Assembly (NCBI RefSeq): GCF_001194135.2
Contig: NC_068981.1
Location: forward strand, 169,375,742 to 169,431,055
DNA length: 55,314 nt
From: Octopus bimaculoides
Taxonomy: Eukaryota
Reading direction: 5' to 3'
The position numbers and the translations under genes were made by a program. The notes beneath the pieces are model-generated. The model saw only the letters and a program-made list of their open reading frames with translations. It was not told the origin of the DNA and did not search any database. Of this stretch, positions 27,671 to 39,929 are shown piece after piece (within the stretch, counting starts at the first letter, position 1; each line of letters opens with the position of its first letter).

Positions 27671-27868
27671 ACTTTCGATGACAAAGCTGCAGGCACATAT
27701 TTTGTTAAGTTATGAGGTATATCATAAATCTAGTGCATATGATCTAATAAAGAGCAATCGTATATCTGCTACTTACGATCTGAGAATTGTCTGTGAAGAG
27801 ATCATCAGCCGTGTACATCAGGCTTTTATTCCAAGAGAGAAGCATTCAAAAAGAATCAGTATCAAAAT
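27671..27868 (+). repeat. Left arm of a diverged ~190-bp inverted repeat
   Basis: Collinear with the reverse complement of 29015-29204, e.g. AAATCTAGTGCATATGATCTAATAAAGA-G/C-CAATCGTATATCTGCTAC. Confidence 0.9.
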
Positions 27869-28534
27869 ACCCGTATATATATATATATATACGGGTATTT
27901 TGATANNNNNNNNNNNNNNNNNNNNNNNNNNNNNNNNNNNNNNNNNNNNNNNNNNNNNNNNNNNNNNNNNNNNNNNNNNNNNNNNNNNNNNNNNNNNNNN
28001 NNNNNNNNNNNNNNNNNNNNNNNNNNNNNNNNNNNNNNNNNNNNNNNNNNNNNNNNNNNNNNNNNNNNNNNNNNNNNNNNNNNNNNNNNNNNNNNNNNNN
28101 NNNNNNNNNNNNNNNNNNNNNNNNNNNNNNNNNNNNNNNNNNNNNNNNNNNNNNNNNNNNNNNNNNNNNNNNNNNNNNNNNNNNNNNNNNNNNNNNNNNN
28201 NNNNNNNNNNNNNNNNNNNNNNNNNNNNNNNNNNNNNNNNNNNNNNNNNNNNNNNNNNNNNNNNNNNNNNNNNNNNNNNNNNNNNNNNNNNNNNNNNNNN
28301 NNNNNNNNNNNNNNNNNNNNNNNNNNNNNNNNNNNNNNNNNNNNNNNNNNNNNNNNNNNNNNNNNNNNNNNNNNNNNNNNNNNNNNNNNNNNNNNNNNNN
28401 NNNNNNNNNNNNNNNNNNNNNNNNNNNNNNNNNNNNNNNNNNNNNNNNNNNNNNNNNNNNNNNNNNNNNNNNNNNNNNNNNNNNNNNNNNNNNNNNNNNN
28501 NNNNNNNNNNNNNNNNNNNNNNNNNNNNNNNNNN

Positions 28535-28794
28535 TATATATATATATATATATGCGTGTGTGCGTGTGTGTGTGTGTGTATGTTTGTGTGTCTGTGTCCC
28601 CCCCCCCCAACATCGCTTGACAACCGATGGTGGTGTGTTTACGTCCCCGTAATTTAGCGGTACGACAAAAGAGACCGATAGAATAAGTACTAGGCATCCA
28701 AAGAATAAGTTCTGGGGTTGCTTTGCTCGACTAAAAGCAGTGCTCCAGAATGACCGCAATCAAATGACTGAAACAAGTAAAAGAGTAAAAGAGG
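28535..28794 (+). mobile_element. 3' half of the CORE-like SINE family (5' part lost in the N-gap)
   Basis: CATCGCTTGACAACCGATGGTGGTGTGTTTACGTCCCCGT...GAGACCGATAGAATAAGTACTAGGC...GACTGAAACAAGTAAAAGAG, as in 13516-13953. Confidence 0.9.
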
Positions 28795-29014
28795 AAATTT
28801 ATAGAAAGAGAATGAAGAGAAAAAAAGAAATTAGCATAAAATTGAAAGTGAAAAAATATAGTGCGATAGGAAATAGATATATTTAGTGGGAGTGAAAGGT
28901 AAGAAGAGAGTAAAAGGTCGAATTTTACAGACTGGCAGAAATCACTTATATGAACTATATCTATATCTAAACGATTTTGGGTAGGTAAATTCATACATTT
29001 ATGCATGCACAAAC

Positions 29015-29204
29015 ATTTTGGTACTGATTCTATTTGAATGCTTCATTCTTGAAATAAAGTCTGATGTACACAGCTGATGATCTCTTCACTGGCAACTGAG
29101 ATCGTATGTAGCAGATATACGATTGGTCTTTATTAGATCATATGCACTAGATTTCTGACATACTTCATAACAAGATATGTGCCCACAGCTTTGCCATCGA
29201 AAGT
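29015..29204 (-). repeat. Right arm of a diverged ~190-bp inverted repeat
   Basis: Reverse complement aligns with 27671-27868, with scattered substitutions and small indels. Confidence 0.9.
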
Positions 29205-29262
29205 TTTTAATATATTTTTAAATATTTAGTTAAATATATGTATGTATAATAAAAATATATAT

Positions 29263-29331
<69 letters not shown>

Positions 29332-29837
29332 ATTATGTACATGGTTATATATGTAAACACGCTCAGAGATTTATTACTGTTTATATATAAATCTTTTTAT
29401 TTTTATATATTTACATATATATATATATGAGTATATATGAGTTAGAGGTTAGACAAGCATCTAAGGGATAATAAATATCCAAAATGCTACTGGATGTATA
29501 CCTATATATATCCAAATGCTTACTGTTGCAAGGCAATAGTGCAAAAGAATAATAGTTATGTGTGGAGTTAAACAAAAGTGTAACCAGAATTTATAAGTCA
29601 AGGAAGAAAATGGAGAAGATAATGAATTGACAAGCATCAGCTTGCAAGCTTGAGGTAGATCTGTTTATTAATTAATTACAGTAAGATGAATATGAATAAT
29701 TGAAAAAATAAATAAGTAAGAATAAATGAGGGAATATAACTGTACTCGTACACCAATTTCTACTTTGGGTGTCCAGCATGCCACAGTTGACAAATCATAC
29801 CAATATTATACAAAGATTATACAAAAAGTGAGCAACG

Positions 29838-29872
<35 letters not shown>

Positions 29873-29904
29873 NNNNNNNNNNNNNNNNNNNNNNNNNNNN
29901 NNNN

Positions 29905-29940
<36 letters not shown>

Positions 29941-29957
29941 CATATATAAATATATAT

Positions 29958-30360
29958 GCAGGAGTGGCTGTGTGGTAAGTAGCTTGCTTACCAACCACAT
30001 GGTTCCGGGTTCAGTCCTACTGCGTGGCACCTTGGGCAAGTGTATTCTACTATAACCTTGGGCCGACCACAGCCTTGTGAGTGGATTTGGTAGACGGAAA
30101 CTGAAGGAAGCCGGTCGTATATATGTATATATATGTGTGTATATGTGTCTGTGTTTGTCCAGCTAGCATTGCTTGACAACAGATTCTGGTATGTTTATAT
30201 CCCCGTCACTTAGAGGTTCGGCAAAAGAGACCGATAGAATAAGTACTAGGCTTACAAAGAATAAGTCCCGGGGTCCATTTTCTCGACTAAAGGCGGTGCT
30301 CCGGCATGGCCGCAGTCAAATGACTGAAACAAATAAAAGAGTAAAAAGAGTAAAAAGAGT
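29958..30360 (+). mobile_element. Full-length CORE-like tRNA SINE
   Basis: GCAGGAGTGGCTGTGTGGTAAGTAGCTTGCTTACCAACCACATGGTTCCGGGTTCAGTCC...GGCACCTTGGGCAAGTG...tail (AAAAAGAGT)n. Confidence 0.9.
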
Positions 30361-30394
30361 ATGCAAACATATAAATATATATGGAAGGCTTTTT

Positions 30395-30510
30395 GCAGTT
30401 TCTCGCTACGAGATCCACGAACAAGTGTTGCCCAGGTTGCTGAGCAGCGGGACTAAGTACGGAATCATGTGGTTAGGAAAGGAACATTTTGCCACACAGT
30501 CATGCTTGCG
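30395..30510 (-). mobile_element. Old degenerate SINE head, tail-to-tail with the preceding SINE
   Basis: Minus strand: GCGCAAGCATGACTGTGTGGCAAAATGTTCCTTTCCTAACCACATGATTCCG...CAACCTGGGCAAC. Confidence 0.6.
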
Positions 30511-30845
30511 CTTTCACATATACACTACACATATGCACTCATAAGATATCCCATAATAACAACGTCTGTTCAGTGAATTTTTTATATGTTGCATGTGTGC
30601 CGCATAGTGGAGCCAATTAGTATGCCTGGTACCAAGCGCATCAATAACTTAGACGGACTTAACTATTTTGCATCGCATTACTGAATATAAAATCGGACAT
30701 ATTTCCCAAGTGTCCAGTAAATTATCCATTTAGATACTCAACTGACGCAAGCATAATAAAATAGATTTAGAAAGAAAGCAACATGAAATCATTCGTTCCG
30801 AGTATGGCGTTACGTACATTTGGATTATATGTATANNNNNNNNNN

Positions 30846-30944
<99 letters not shown>

Positions 30945-31003
30945 TTGTATACATAAATAGCTACATATATTGCATATATGTGATATATGCAGATATATGA
31001 TGT

Positions 31004-31045
<42 letters not shown>

Positions 31046-31160
31046 CTATATATATACACACTGTATATATATATGTATGCATAATTATATATATGTGTGT
31101 ATAATTGTATATATATACATATATGTATACACATATATATATACACACAGTATATATATA

Positions 31161-31244
<84 letters not shown>

Positions 31245-31330
31245 CAGCTATGTTTCTGCCTCCATGTACCTGTGTGTATGCGCGCGCGTTCTTGCGCATA
31301 TGTGTTTATATATATGTGTACGTGAATGAG
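30846..31330. repeat. Long compound (TA)n/(TG)n/(TATG)n simple-repeat tract
   Basis: Direct reading; it produces the YI/HT-rich ORFs in the track. Confidence 0.95.
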
Positions 31331-32932
31331 TGCACATTCGCATGCGTATGATTGTGGATCAGTGTGTAAATGCACATTAGAGCAGAGTATATGTGAGACA
31401 AGTAGTATTTTAAAAAATGACACACAAAAAATGTAATATGTCCAATTCATTACGGTGATTGGTTAGAATGATATTTGATAATGTAATTTCCATTGCAAAA
31501 TCGGAAAAGGAAAAAAATAATTAATAATAAATCAAATAAAAATATAAAATTATGAAAAAAATATACTACATGAGTTGTAAAGAAGTATCAATTTGAATAT
31601 ATTGAAATTTTATCCGTTACGGTATACAACCCAGCAAATAAATTATTTCAATTAACATGAATTTTAACTCGAAAACGTCTAGGTTCACACGCACACACAC
31701 AGATGTATATCACAGCAAGTTATAACTAATATGATTGATGAAATATGACCTAAAAAACGTAAAATGAACGAATAAAATACTGGTAATAAAATACATCTAG
31801 TGATGACAGCATTTTATTTTTTTAATAATAATATTTCCATGTTTGGCAATATTTCTGGAAAGCTCCGGCCATTCCTCCGATCCTATTAAGTGTGATGGAA
31901 ATGAAGCTTGGTCAATCGCTGTTTCTCGTTCAACGGTCTACTTTGAAGACACCTGCACATCGATCCTTGGAGACAAAAAAAAATGGAGGAAAAACTAGGA
32001 CACTACTTCCAACCCTGGTCAGCGTATCTTCCCGTGAAGCCTATGAGGTTGTTTCTGTTTGTTCCGAACTGGACTAGTCAGGACAGCAAACATGCAACAG
32101 AAGTGGACATCTAATCCGTAAATCTCTCGCAAAGCCAGGCCATCAGGGACAGTATTTTAATATATTATTACTTCGACTAGCTTCAGAAAAATGAAGATGT
32201 TTGACGAAATATATTATGACGTAGAAATTCTGTGTTTTTTTTTATATACATTCTCAGATAAAATGCATCCGATGCTCTTAACATTAAACTTCGTGAATGA
32301 TATTTAATACATAGAAACTACACAAAGCCATTCTGAGGGACCACGCTAATTTTCAAGAGGATGACTTAATCCTTCGCCCAATGTAACACCTCAATTTTTG
32401 GTCCTTGGATGTCATTAGTGAATTTCCTTTTGTTATGAATGTTCGGGCTTCTTGTTCGGTTTGAGTGATACATTATCTTTTTATCGCATGAATCTTCAAG
32501 ATTCTAAGGCCATCATGTGCACTGCGTTTTCGTATCTAACGAAACCATAAAACATCTAAACATCATCAAATACTGAGGCCTATTGAAATGGAAACACTCT
32601 TCCTCAAAATATTTTCTGGAGTATCAAGAGAACACCTGTGTCTTAGGGCAACACGGCAAATAGCACAGAGAATATGTTGCACCCTCAATAGACAAATATC
32701 CAGAAAATTTGGGAACGAGTGAGTCGAATAAATTGACAAAAGTACTTAGATGCTCTCCGAAAGAATAAAAAGTATATCTGAACTCGGCAGGTCTGGAACT
32801 CAAGAATGACTAAATGTCAGAAGATACATTATTTGCCTGACGCTGTAAGTATTCTATATTCTAGTGATCCATTCCAATATATTAGTGCCAAGCGCGGCAG
32901 CGTAGCGTCGTAGTTACAACCAATGTCAATGC

Positions 32933-33002
32933 TATCAGCTTGATCCTGCCAGTGGTCATATGTTTGTCTCAAAGCTCAAGCCATACAAATATAAGTTCAT
33001 AC
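32933..33002 (+). pseudogene. Orphan fragment of the 18S rRNA 5' end
   Basis: TATCAGCTTGATCCTGCCAGTGGTCATATGTTTGTCTCAAAGCTCAAGCCATACA matches the eukaryotic 18S start TACCTGGTTGATCCTGCCAGTAGTCATATGCTTGTCTCAAAGATTAAGCCATGCA at 47 of 55 positions. Similarity stops at about 33002. Confidence 0.85.
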
Positions 33003-33513
33003 GTTACCGGAGCTGGATTTGAATATGCCAAGTATGTTAGAATGTCGGAATATATCCTATAAAATATATACTTATATCCCTTCATATTTTGAATTCCAAT
33101 TTCACATTTCAAACTTAATGATGATTGTATTGCTTGTTATGAAATTGACTGCATCACTTATCTTCAGCTAAGTTTCTTCATACAACCCGCAAGAAAGAGT
33201 AGCTAAAATCACCTCCACATATAGTCTAATTATTTTAAATAGGAAAGAAATATTGGATAATGTAATCATAGTTATATTAAATAATATAAAGGCAATGAGA
33301 ACCGCAAGGGAGCTTCAGAGCCTAAGAGTGTTATCAGCAAAATATCCCTTACCCCATTCTCTGCCAAAGAAGGTAACCTTGTATTACAGTAAGAAATACT
33401 AAGTTTGTTAGAAAAGATCAATATTATATAAAGATGGCCAGACGTTTCGTTTTAAATATACGTAAAATATCCAATTTTACTTATCGAGAGTTGAATCCAA
33501 ACAGTGACGATAT

Positions 33514-33564
33514 ATGTGTGTGAGTTTGTGAGTGTGTGTGTGTGAGTGTGTGTGTGTGAGTGTG

Positions 33565-33654
<90 letters not shown>
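33514..33654. repeat. (TG)n microsatellite with TGAG interruptions
   Basis: Direct reading. Confidence 0.95.
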
Positions 33655-33657
<3 letters not shown>

Positions 33658-35799
33658 CTATGTGCATAATCGGTATATTGCAATCGGTGAGATAGACATT
33701 TCCTAATGTATTCAGAAACCAATGTATGGAAGATTATGTTTATTGTCGGTGTAGGTAAACACATCCACATCAGTCAATGAGGATGTCTTTAAGCAGTCAC
33801 TTGTTTTGCTAGCAGCAACTGCTAAATATGCCTAAAAGACAGAAACCTGTCTCCTTGTGCAGATTTTCAAATAGTAAAGACAGGCTGGACAATGTTATCC
33901 CAGTAATACAAAGCAAATATCGTCGATGAGCTCAACTAAAGAGAATCTGGGGATAAAGAACAATAACACCTGAACACACATACACGCACACATTTATATA
34001 CATTCTTACATACACTACACCACGCTCACATACAAGCACACATGCACCCACATACAGACATGCGTTATCTATCACTCACCTGTGTGTATGGTACAATAAC
34101 ACGTCTCTGAAGAGAGATTCACTAAAATATAGTTTTTGATTTTAATTCTACTCTGCGCTACAGGCAAAAGAGAAAATGGTATTATCTCGTTACTATATAA
34201 GAATGGATACTCGACATGTCGTCCTGGAAATATGAGCAAGAGTAAACAATAACCATTTCCACCAAGAATTTACAGAATTTATTTACAGCATACAAGTCTG
34301 TGTCGCACTATTCTGATTTCATATTATCACCGAAGCAGATTATGTGTTTCTTGCTGTAGAATAATAACATAACCACCAGTAATACACTTGTTTTGTATCG
34401 GTGGATTGTATTTAACGTCTCTTACTCAGAATACTTTTCACTGTGATTCCATTATTAATACTGTAGCTTAACGTGTGTGTGTTTTTCAAGTGTTCGTTGT
34501 GTTCCGTATTAATCAAACGGGTTTAACGGCACATAAATACAGATATAAGCAAATGCTATTACATAGAAAAGTAACGAAGATATAACAAAATAACAACCCT
34601 GTACCGAATAACAAGTCTGTAAAGAAAGCAACAAAAACATAGGAAAACAACAACAAAGCCTACTGTTTCCTGTAACTAGCTGCATAATAGTTGCTATCTT
34701 TAACATACATTATTAATCACAGAACAAAAGCACGGCAGCAAAGCAGCAAAAGACAAAGCATTCAACTATTATAAACGGCAAATAAATCGGCCAATTCTAT
34801 TCAGGAGACGCAGCACGTCCATACACAACCAGGAAACTATATTTATAACATATAATCATGTTCTTACTAAATCACAAGTGGCATTTCTTTTTGATAGATA
34901 CCATTGATTTATGACAAATATATTTTTCTACTGCTGTTTCAGGTCTCATAAATGTCCGTGTAGTCTACCATAACGTCTATTTAATGATTTAACCTTATTA
35001 CAACTGATTCTCGTCTATCATTACGCATTTACGAACAGCAGCCTGTATTGTTTTTACTCTTATACACGTATATTATATATCCATATATAGCTATATCAAT
35101 AAAATGATATCGTCTCTTATATAGTGCACGTAAGTGTAAGTACTATGCAAAGCAATTGAGAGTAAAATCAGCATTATTTTATTCCACAAATGTTTTATTT
35201 TCTTATTGATGGAATGGCAATTATATTTATATACGTCTAGAACACAATGTTGAGCTCAAATACACTTAATCTTTCAATGAATTAAAGTATCTTGCTTATT
35301 CGTCTACCTAGAGATTTTAGTTTCGAATTTTATATTTCATATTTTTGATAAACAGATTCAATCGTTACTTCGGTTATAGATTCGAATAAGTCATTGAGTA
35401 AATATAAACACTATTATGGGAAATATGTTTCCCTACATGTATCTGGTTTTGTAGCTTTGTTTTTACTCGATGAGTGTGGCAGAAGTACCTTTAGATCTTT
35501 GCAGGCTCTCTTAAACTGATATGCTTCATATTGTTAATGTTCTGTTTAAACATGCAGGCCTTACACATACAAAGAAAACATGAACGTGGGTGGGGAATCT
35601 ATATGGTCGATGTTCTTGGGAAGAAGAATTGGGCATACAGTTGTGTAGAATGGAAATGTGCGGACGCATCAGGGGTAACGAGAGAAGAGTGTAATTAAAG
35701 GGATATCTGAATGGTGGACGTTCGAAAGAAAAAAGAAAAATCATAGAAAAAAAATATCATAGTCTATTGTGGGAGAGAAAGAGAGTGAGGAAACAACGT

Positions 35800-35890
35800 T
35801 ACTTAGTACAAAGCCAAAATTTATCGATCTCGAAAGAATGAAATGCTATGTTTATCTCGGTGGCATTTGAACTCAGACCGTAAACAACTT
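35800..35890 (-). mobile_element. SINE central-domain fragment (second family)
   Basis: Plus strand TTTATCGATCTCGAAAGAATGAAATGC..CTCGGTGGCATTTGAACTCAGA, same as in 19645-19865. Confidence 0.6.
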
Positions 35891-36448
35891 GAACAAATAA
35901 AGCAATGCATTTTGTTTGACATTGTGACAATTCAACTACTTCACCGGTGTTTACGTACCGTAATAATAATGTCTTGTTGTGAGACCATGATACTACAATA
36001 TGTTCCTTCGAAAGTGCCTTCAAATCTTCACTTCGTCAAATCACACTATGCTATGTAAAGAAATGTACAACATATTTAGCAAGTAACTTTGTCCATTGAT
36101 GTAGTTTGCTGAGAAGAAACTATCGGATATTCTCGGTTAGGTATAAAAAAAATCAATGGATTGCAGAATCCGTAAAGTCCAAAGTCATTTGTCATTGGCA
36201 TTTCTTTTTATAATTTCCAGCTCGATGAAGTACATATTAATCAAGTACTTCTCCGATTAACCAACTACACATCCCAACTAGGGATTCTGTACACAAGCCG
36301 ATATTATGGATATAATATTTCGGTATGTGGTTTATTTAAAGGTGTTATGGTACATTATCATTAAAAACTAAATCAAGTTAGACATGAACTCTTGCTAATG
36401 TTTAATTTTGTGTGTGCCTGCAAAGACATTCCCCTCATAATTTTGTTT

Positions 36449-36837
36449 ATTGTTGTTGGTGGCACTCCGTCGCTTACGACGTTGAGGGTTCCAGTTGATC
36501 CGATCAACGGAACAGCCTGCTCGTGAAATTAACGTGCAAGTGACTGAGCACTCCACAGACACGTGTACCCTTAACGTAGTTCTCGGGGATATTCAGCGTG
36601 GCACAGTGTGACAAGGCTGGCCCTTTGAATTACAGGCACAACAGAAACAGGAAGTAAGAGTGAGAGAAAGTTGTGGTGAAAGAGTACAGCAGGGTTCGCC
36701 ACCATCCTCTGCCGGAGCCTCGTGGAGCTTTAGGTGTTTTCGCTCAATAAACACACACAACGCCCGGTCTAGGAATCGAAACCGCGATCCTATGACCGTG
36801 AGTCCGCTGCCCTAAACACTGGGCCATTGCGCCTCCA
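36449..36837 (-). mobile_element. Well-preserved full-length tRNA-derived SINE with (CAA)n-like tail
   Basis: Minus strand: TGGAGGCGCAATGGCCCAGTGTTTAGGGCAGCGGACTCACGGTCATAGGATCGCGGTTTCGATTCC (A and B boxes) ... GACGGAGTGCCACCAACAACA. The 3' half is shared with 6752-7062. Confidence 0.9.
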
Positions 36838-38580
36838 CTCGTTGTTTATTATATTGGAAAGAGATGTACAGTCTATTTTGTTTTGCATGACAGTAGGGTG
36901 TGATTTACAGGAAGGGATTAGGTTCAGCCTTTAACGAAACAGAATGAACAAGCATTGTTAATTTTGTAAGAGATTTTTCATAGAAAGAAATAAAGCGGAT
37001 AATATAAATAAAAGACATACATTAAATAAATTGTATGTATGTATGTATGTATGTATGTACGTATGTATGTATGCATGTATCTACGTACATATATATATAT
37101 GTATGAATACGCACATACATATATATATAAAATTTATGTACATGTACATATGTATTCTTGATGCATGCATGTCCGTAGGGAGAAAGTTCCAGAATGTAGT
37201 TAATTAAGGATGTAGGTATGCTTCTGATAAATATGAGTCACACCAGGTTGGAAGGTGATTAATTAGATTGTAATTTAGTGACAATCCTTGTTCTAAATTC
37301 AAAATATCATAATCTTTATACAGTATTTGTGAGATAAATTAGGCAAATTAGAGGGCTTGCAGGTACTAGGTAAATACGCATCGAAATAAAGATAAATTAA
37401 TGGTTGTTTCGTGTGAATAGAGTGGTGAGAAATACAAGTAACATAGGAATAGTGCTGTGACATGTTACGCGCGATGTTGCTTGGTACAACTCAAATTAAA
37501 TACTCTTTATTCAAGGAGTGAACGTGCATTATACATAAACACACACAAAAATATACACACAAGTATATATACATACATGCATAAAAGCATACATTCTTAG
37601 AAATATACAAGAGAACATCTATTGACCATTGAAACGAAGTTAGCAAATCCAATACCAACGAATCACTTTGAGCTTCATACTTATTACTATTGAAGCAACA
37701 GGATAAATACCAACTCATTTAGGGCAAAGAACGGCTGAACTTGGAATATTGGGCGCAATACGCAAAACTAATTCATACATTACAAATGATGAAGATATAT
37801 GGGTCTATAAAATCTGCAAAACATCAGAAATGACATAGATACGTACACACACACACATATATATATATATACACATATATGCACATATATATACATATAA
37901 TACATACACACATATATACATACACATATATTTATATATATACACATATATATGCATATATATATATATANNNNNNNNNNNNNNNNNNNNNNNNNNNNNN
38001 NNNNNNNNNNNNNNNNNNNNNNNNNNNNNNNNNNNNNNNNNNNNNNNNNNNNNNNNNNNNNNNNNNNNNNNNNNNNNNNNNNNNNNNNNNNNNNNNNNNN
38101 NNNNNNNNNNNNNNNNNNNNNNNNNNNNNNNNNNNNNNNNNNNNNNNNNNNNNNNNNNNNNNNNNNNNNNNNNNNNNNNNNNNNNNNNNNNNNNNNNNNN
38201 NNNNNNNNNNNNNNNNNNNNNNNNNNNNNNNNNNNNNNNNNNNNNNNNNNNNNNNNNNNNNNNNNNNNNNNNNNNNNNNNNNNNNNNNNNNNNNNNNNNN
38301 NNNNNNNNNNNNNNNNNNNNNNNNNNNNNNNNNNNNNNNNNNNNNNNNNNNNNNNNNNNNNNNNNNNNNNNNNNNNNNNNNNNNNNNNNNNNNNNNNNNN
38401 NNNNNNNNNTGTATGTGTGTGTTTGTATGTGTGTGTTTGTGTGTGTGTGTTTGTGTGTGTGAAAAGATTCCATTAGATTCGTCCTTGAATGGTTGTAGAC
38501 ATGTAGGACACGATAAAGGGATCCTTTTGGTTTGACAGGCAACATTTTTCATTTATGTTTTATGTAGTGTTTTTTGGTAC

Positions 38581-39312
38581 CGAAACACTTTCAAACTTCG
38601 AATATTTGTATATTTTGTTTTATAGAACAGATAAAAAAATGTGTATTCGAAGTTATTTCATGTAAAAAGTTGTCGTATTTGTGTAATTTCAACCAATGAC
38701 TGACGTCTATTGAGGAGAAAAATAAATTCCTGCCGTAACGGTGTTATGGGATCTGTTCCCTTGAATAAAATTAGTGCCGTTGTTTGTCAACGACCACTAT
38801 CCGCGGTACTGTTATTTATAACATCGTTCGTGCGTTCGTACTGGTTTTAGCTTTAGGGTTTTAGGGTTAGGGTTCCGGTTTTAGAGTTAAAGTTAGTTTT
38901 AGGGTTACGGTTAGGGTTATGATTATGTTTGCCATAACCTCACTCATAACCCTAACCCTAACCCTAAAACCCTATAACTCATAACCCTAACCCTAACCCC
39001 AACTCTAACCCTAAAACCCTAACCCTAACTCTAAAACCCGAACCCTAACCCAAACGCACGAACGATGTTATAAATAACAACCGCCGATAGTTGTTGTTGA
39101 CAAACAACGGCACTAATTTTATTCAAAGGAAAAGATCCCATAACACCGTTACGGCAGTAATTGTTTTCACCTCAATAGACGTCAGTGATTGATTGAAATT
39201 ACACAAATACGACAACTTTAACATGAAATAACTTAAGAACTGATTTTTGTTAAGAAGGCTAAGAGAAAAAGAGGTTTTATATGACACATTCTACTAGTTT
39301 GAAAGTGTTTCG
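38581..39312. mobile_element. Foldback/MITE-like element with long inverted arms and a central inverted telomere-like array
   Basis: Outer CGAAACACTTTCAAACT / AGTTTGAAAGTGTTTCG. Perfect inverted blocks: 38730-38754/39133-39157 (25 nt), 38761-38791/39096-39126 (31 nt) and 38810-38836/39053-39079 (27 nt). Confidence 0.85.
38846..39051. repeat. Degenerate telomeric repeats in head-to-head orientation: (TTAGGG)n then (CCCTAA)n
   Basis: TTTAGGGTTTTAGGGTTAGGGTT...GGTTAGGGTT (to ~38920), then AACCCTAACCCTAACCCTAAAACCC...CCCTAACCC (38945-39051). Confidence 0.9.
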
Positions 39313-39439
39313 TTAAGAAAACAAGTGTTGCCCGTCGAACCAAAAAGATCCCGATAAAGTACTGTATATATTTGCGTATGTCATCAGTAACATATATTTA
39401 ATTATCAGGTAGAGTGGCAAGTAGCATAAAATAATATTA

Positions 39440-39599
39440 TTATTTACATTATTTACATGTGACGGATATTTTTCCTCATCTTGTTTGTTGTTACCACAAT
39501 ATTTCGGCTGATTTATCCTCCAGCGTTGATTAGGTGTCTTAGAGAAATTTCGAACCTGGGTTCTCATTCCTAAAGTTTTTTTTCATGTGATTATTATTA

Positions 39600-39680
<81 letters not shown>

Positions 39681-39703
39681 CAAGCAGTGACCTGAATAAT
39701 AAC

Positions 39704-39756
<53 letters not shown>

Positions 39757-39929
39757 CAACATCGAAATTACTTTAGGAATGAGAGCTCAGGTTCGAAACT
39801 TCCCCAAGACACCTGACGAAGGCTGGAGGGTTTATCAGCCTAAACGCTGTGTTAGCAACGAGATGAGGACAAATATCAGTCAAATGTAAATAATGTACAT
39901 AGTCCTCATCTCTTAAATATAGAACTGTA
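39440..39929. mobile_element. Second head-to-head inverted pair of hammerhead-bearing family A, joined through (ATT)n-spacer-(AAT)n
   Basis: Minus copy 39440-39589, (ATT)n 39590-39679, spacer CCAAGCAGTGACCTG, (AAT)n from 39695, then the plus copy to 39929. The plus copy has GACAC-CTGACGA-A-GGCTG..CAGCC-TAAA-CG-C-T-GTGTT (39808-39853). Confidence 0.8.

Noticed and set aside
27860-27905. Perfect 46-nt palindrome TATCAAAATACCCG-(TA)n-CGGGTATTTTGATA
   Set aside because: It is 100% identical, centred on a self-complementary (TA)n run and ends exactly at a gap edge, which is typical of an assembler fold-back artefact.
35558-35674. Possible plus-strand 117-nt exon ALHIQRKHERGWGIYMVDVLGKKNWAYSCVEWKCADASG
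   Set aside because: Splice sites are weak, no family is recognised, and it could be a TE remnant.
38461-38552. CPTCLQPF zinc-finger-like peptide on the minus strand
   Set aside because: The His spacing is wrong, the histidines come from a (CA)n run, and there is no splice acceptor.
38846-39051. Interpretation as a genuine chromosome end-to-end fusion site
   Set aside because: The repeats are short, degenerate and symmetrically enclosed by TIR-like arms, so a mobile foldback element is the simpler explanation.
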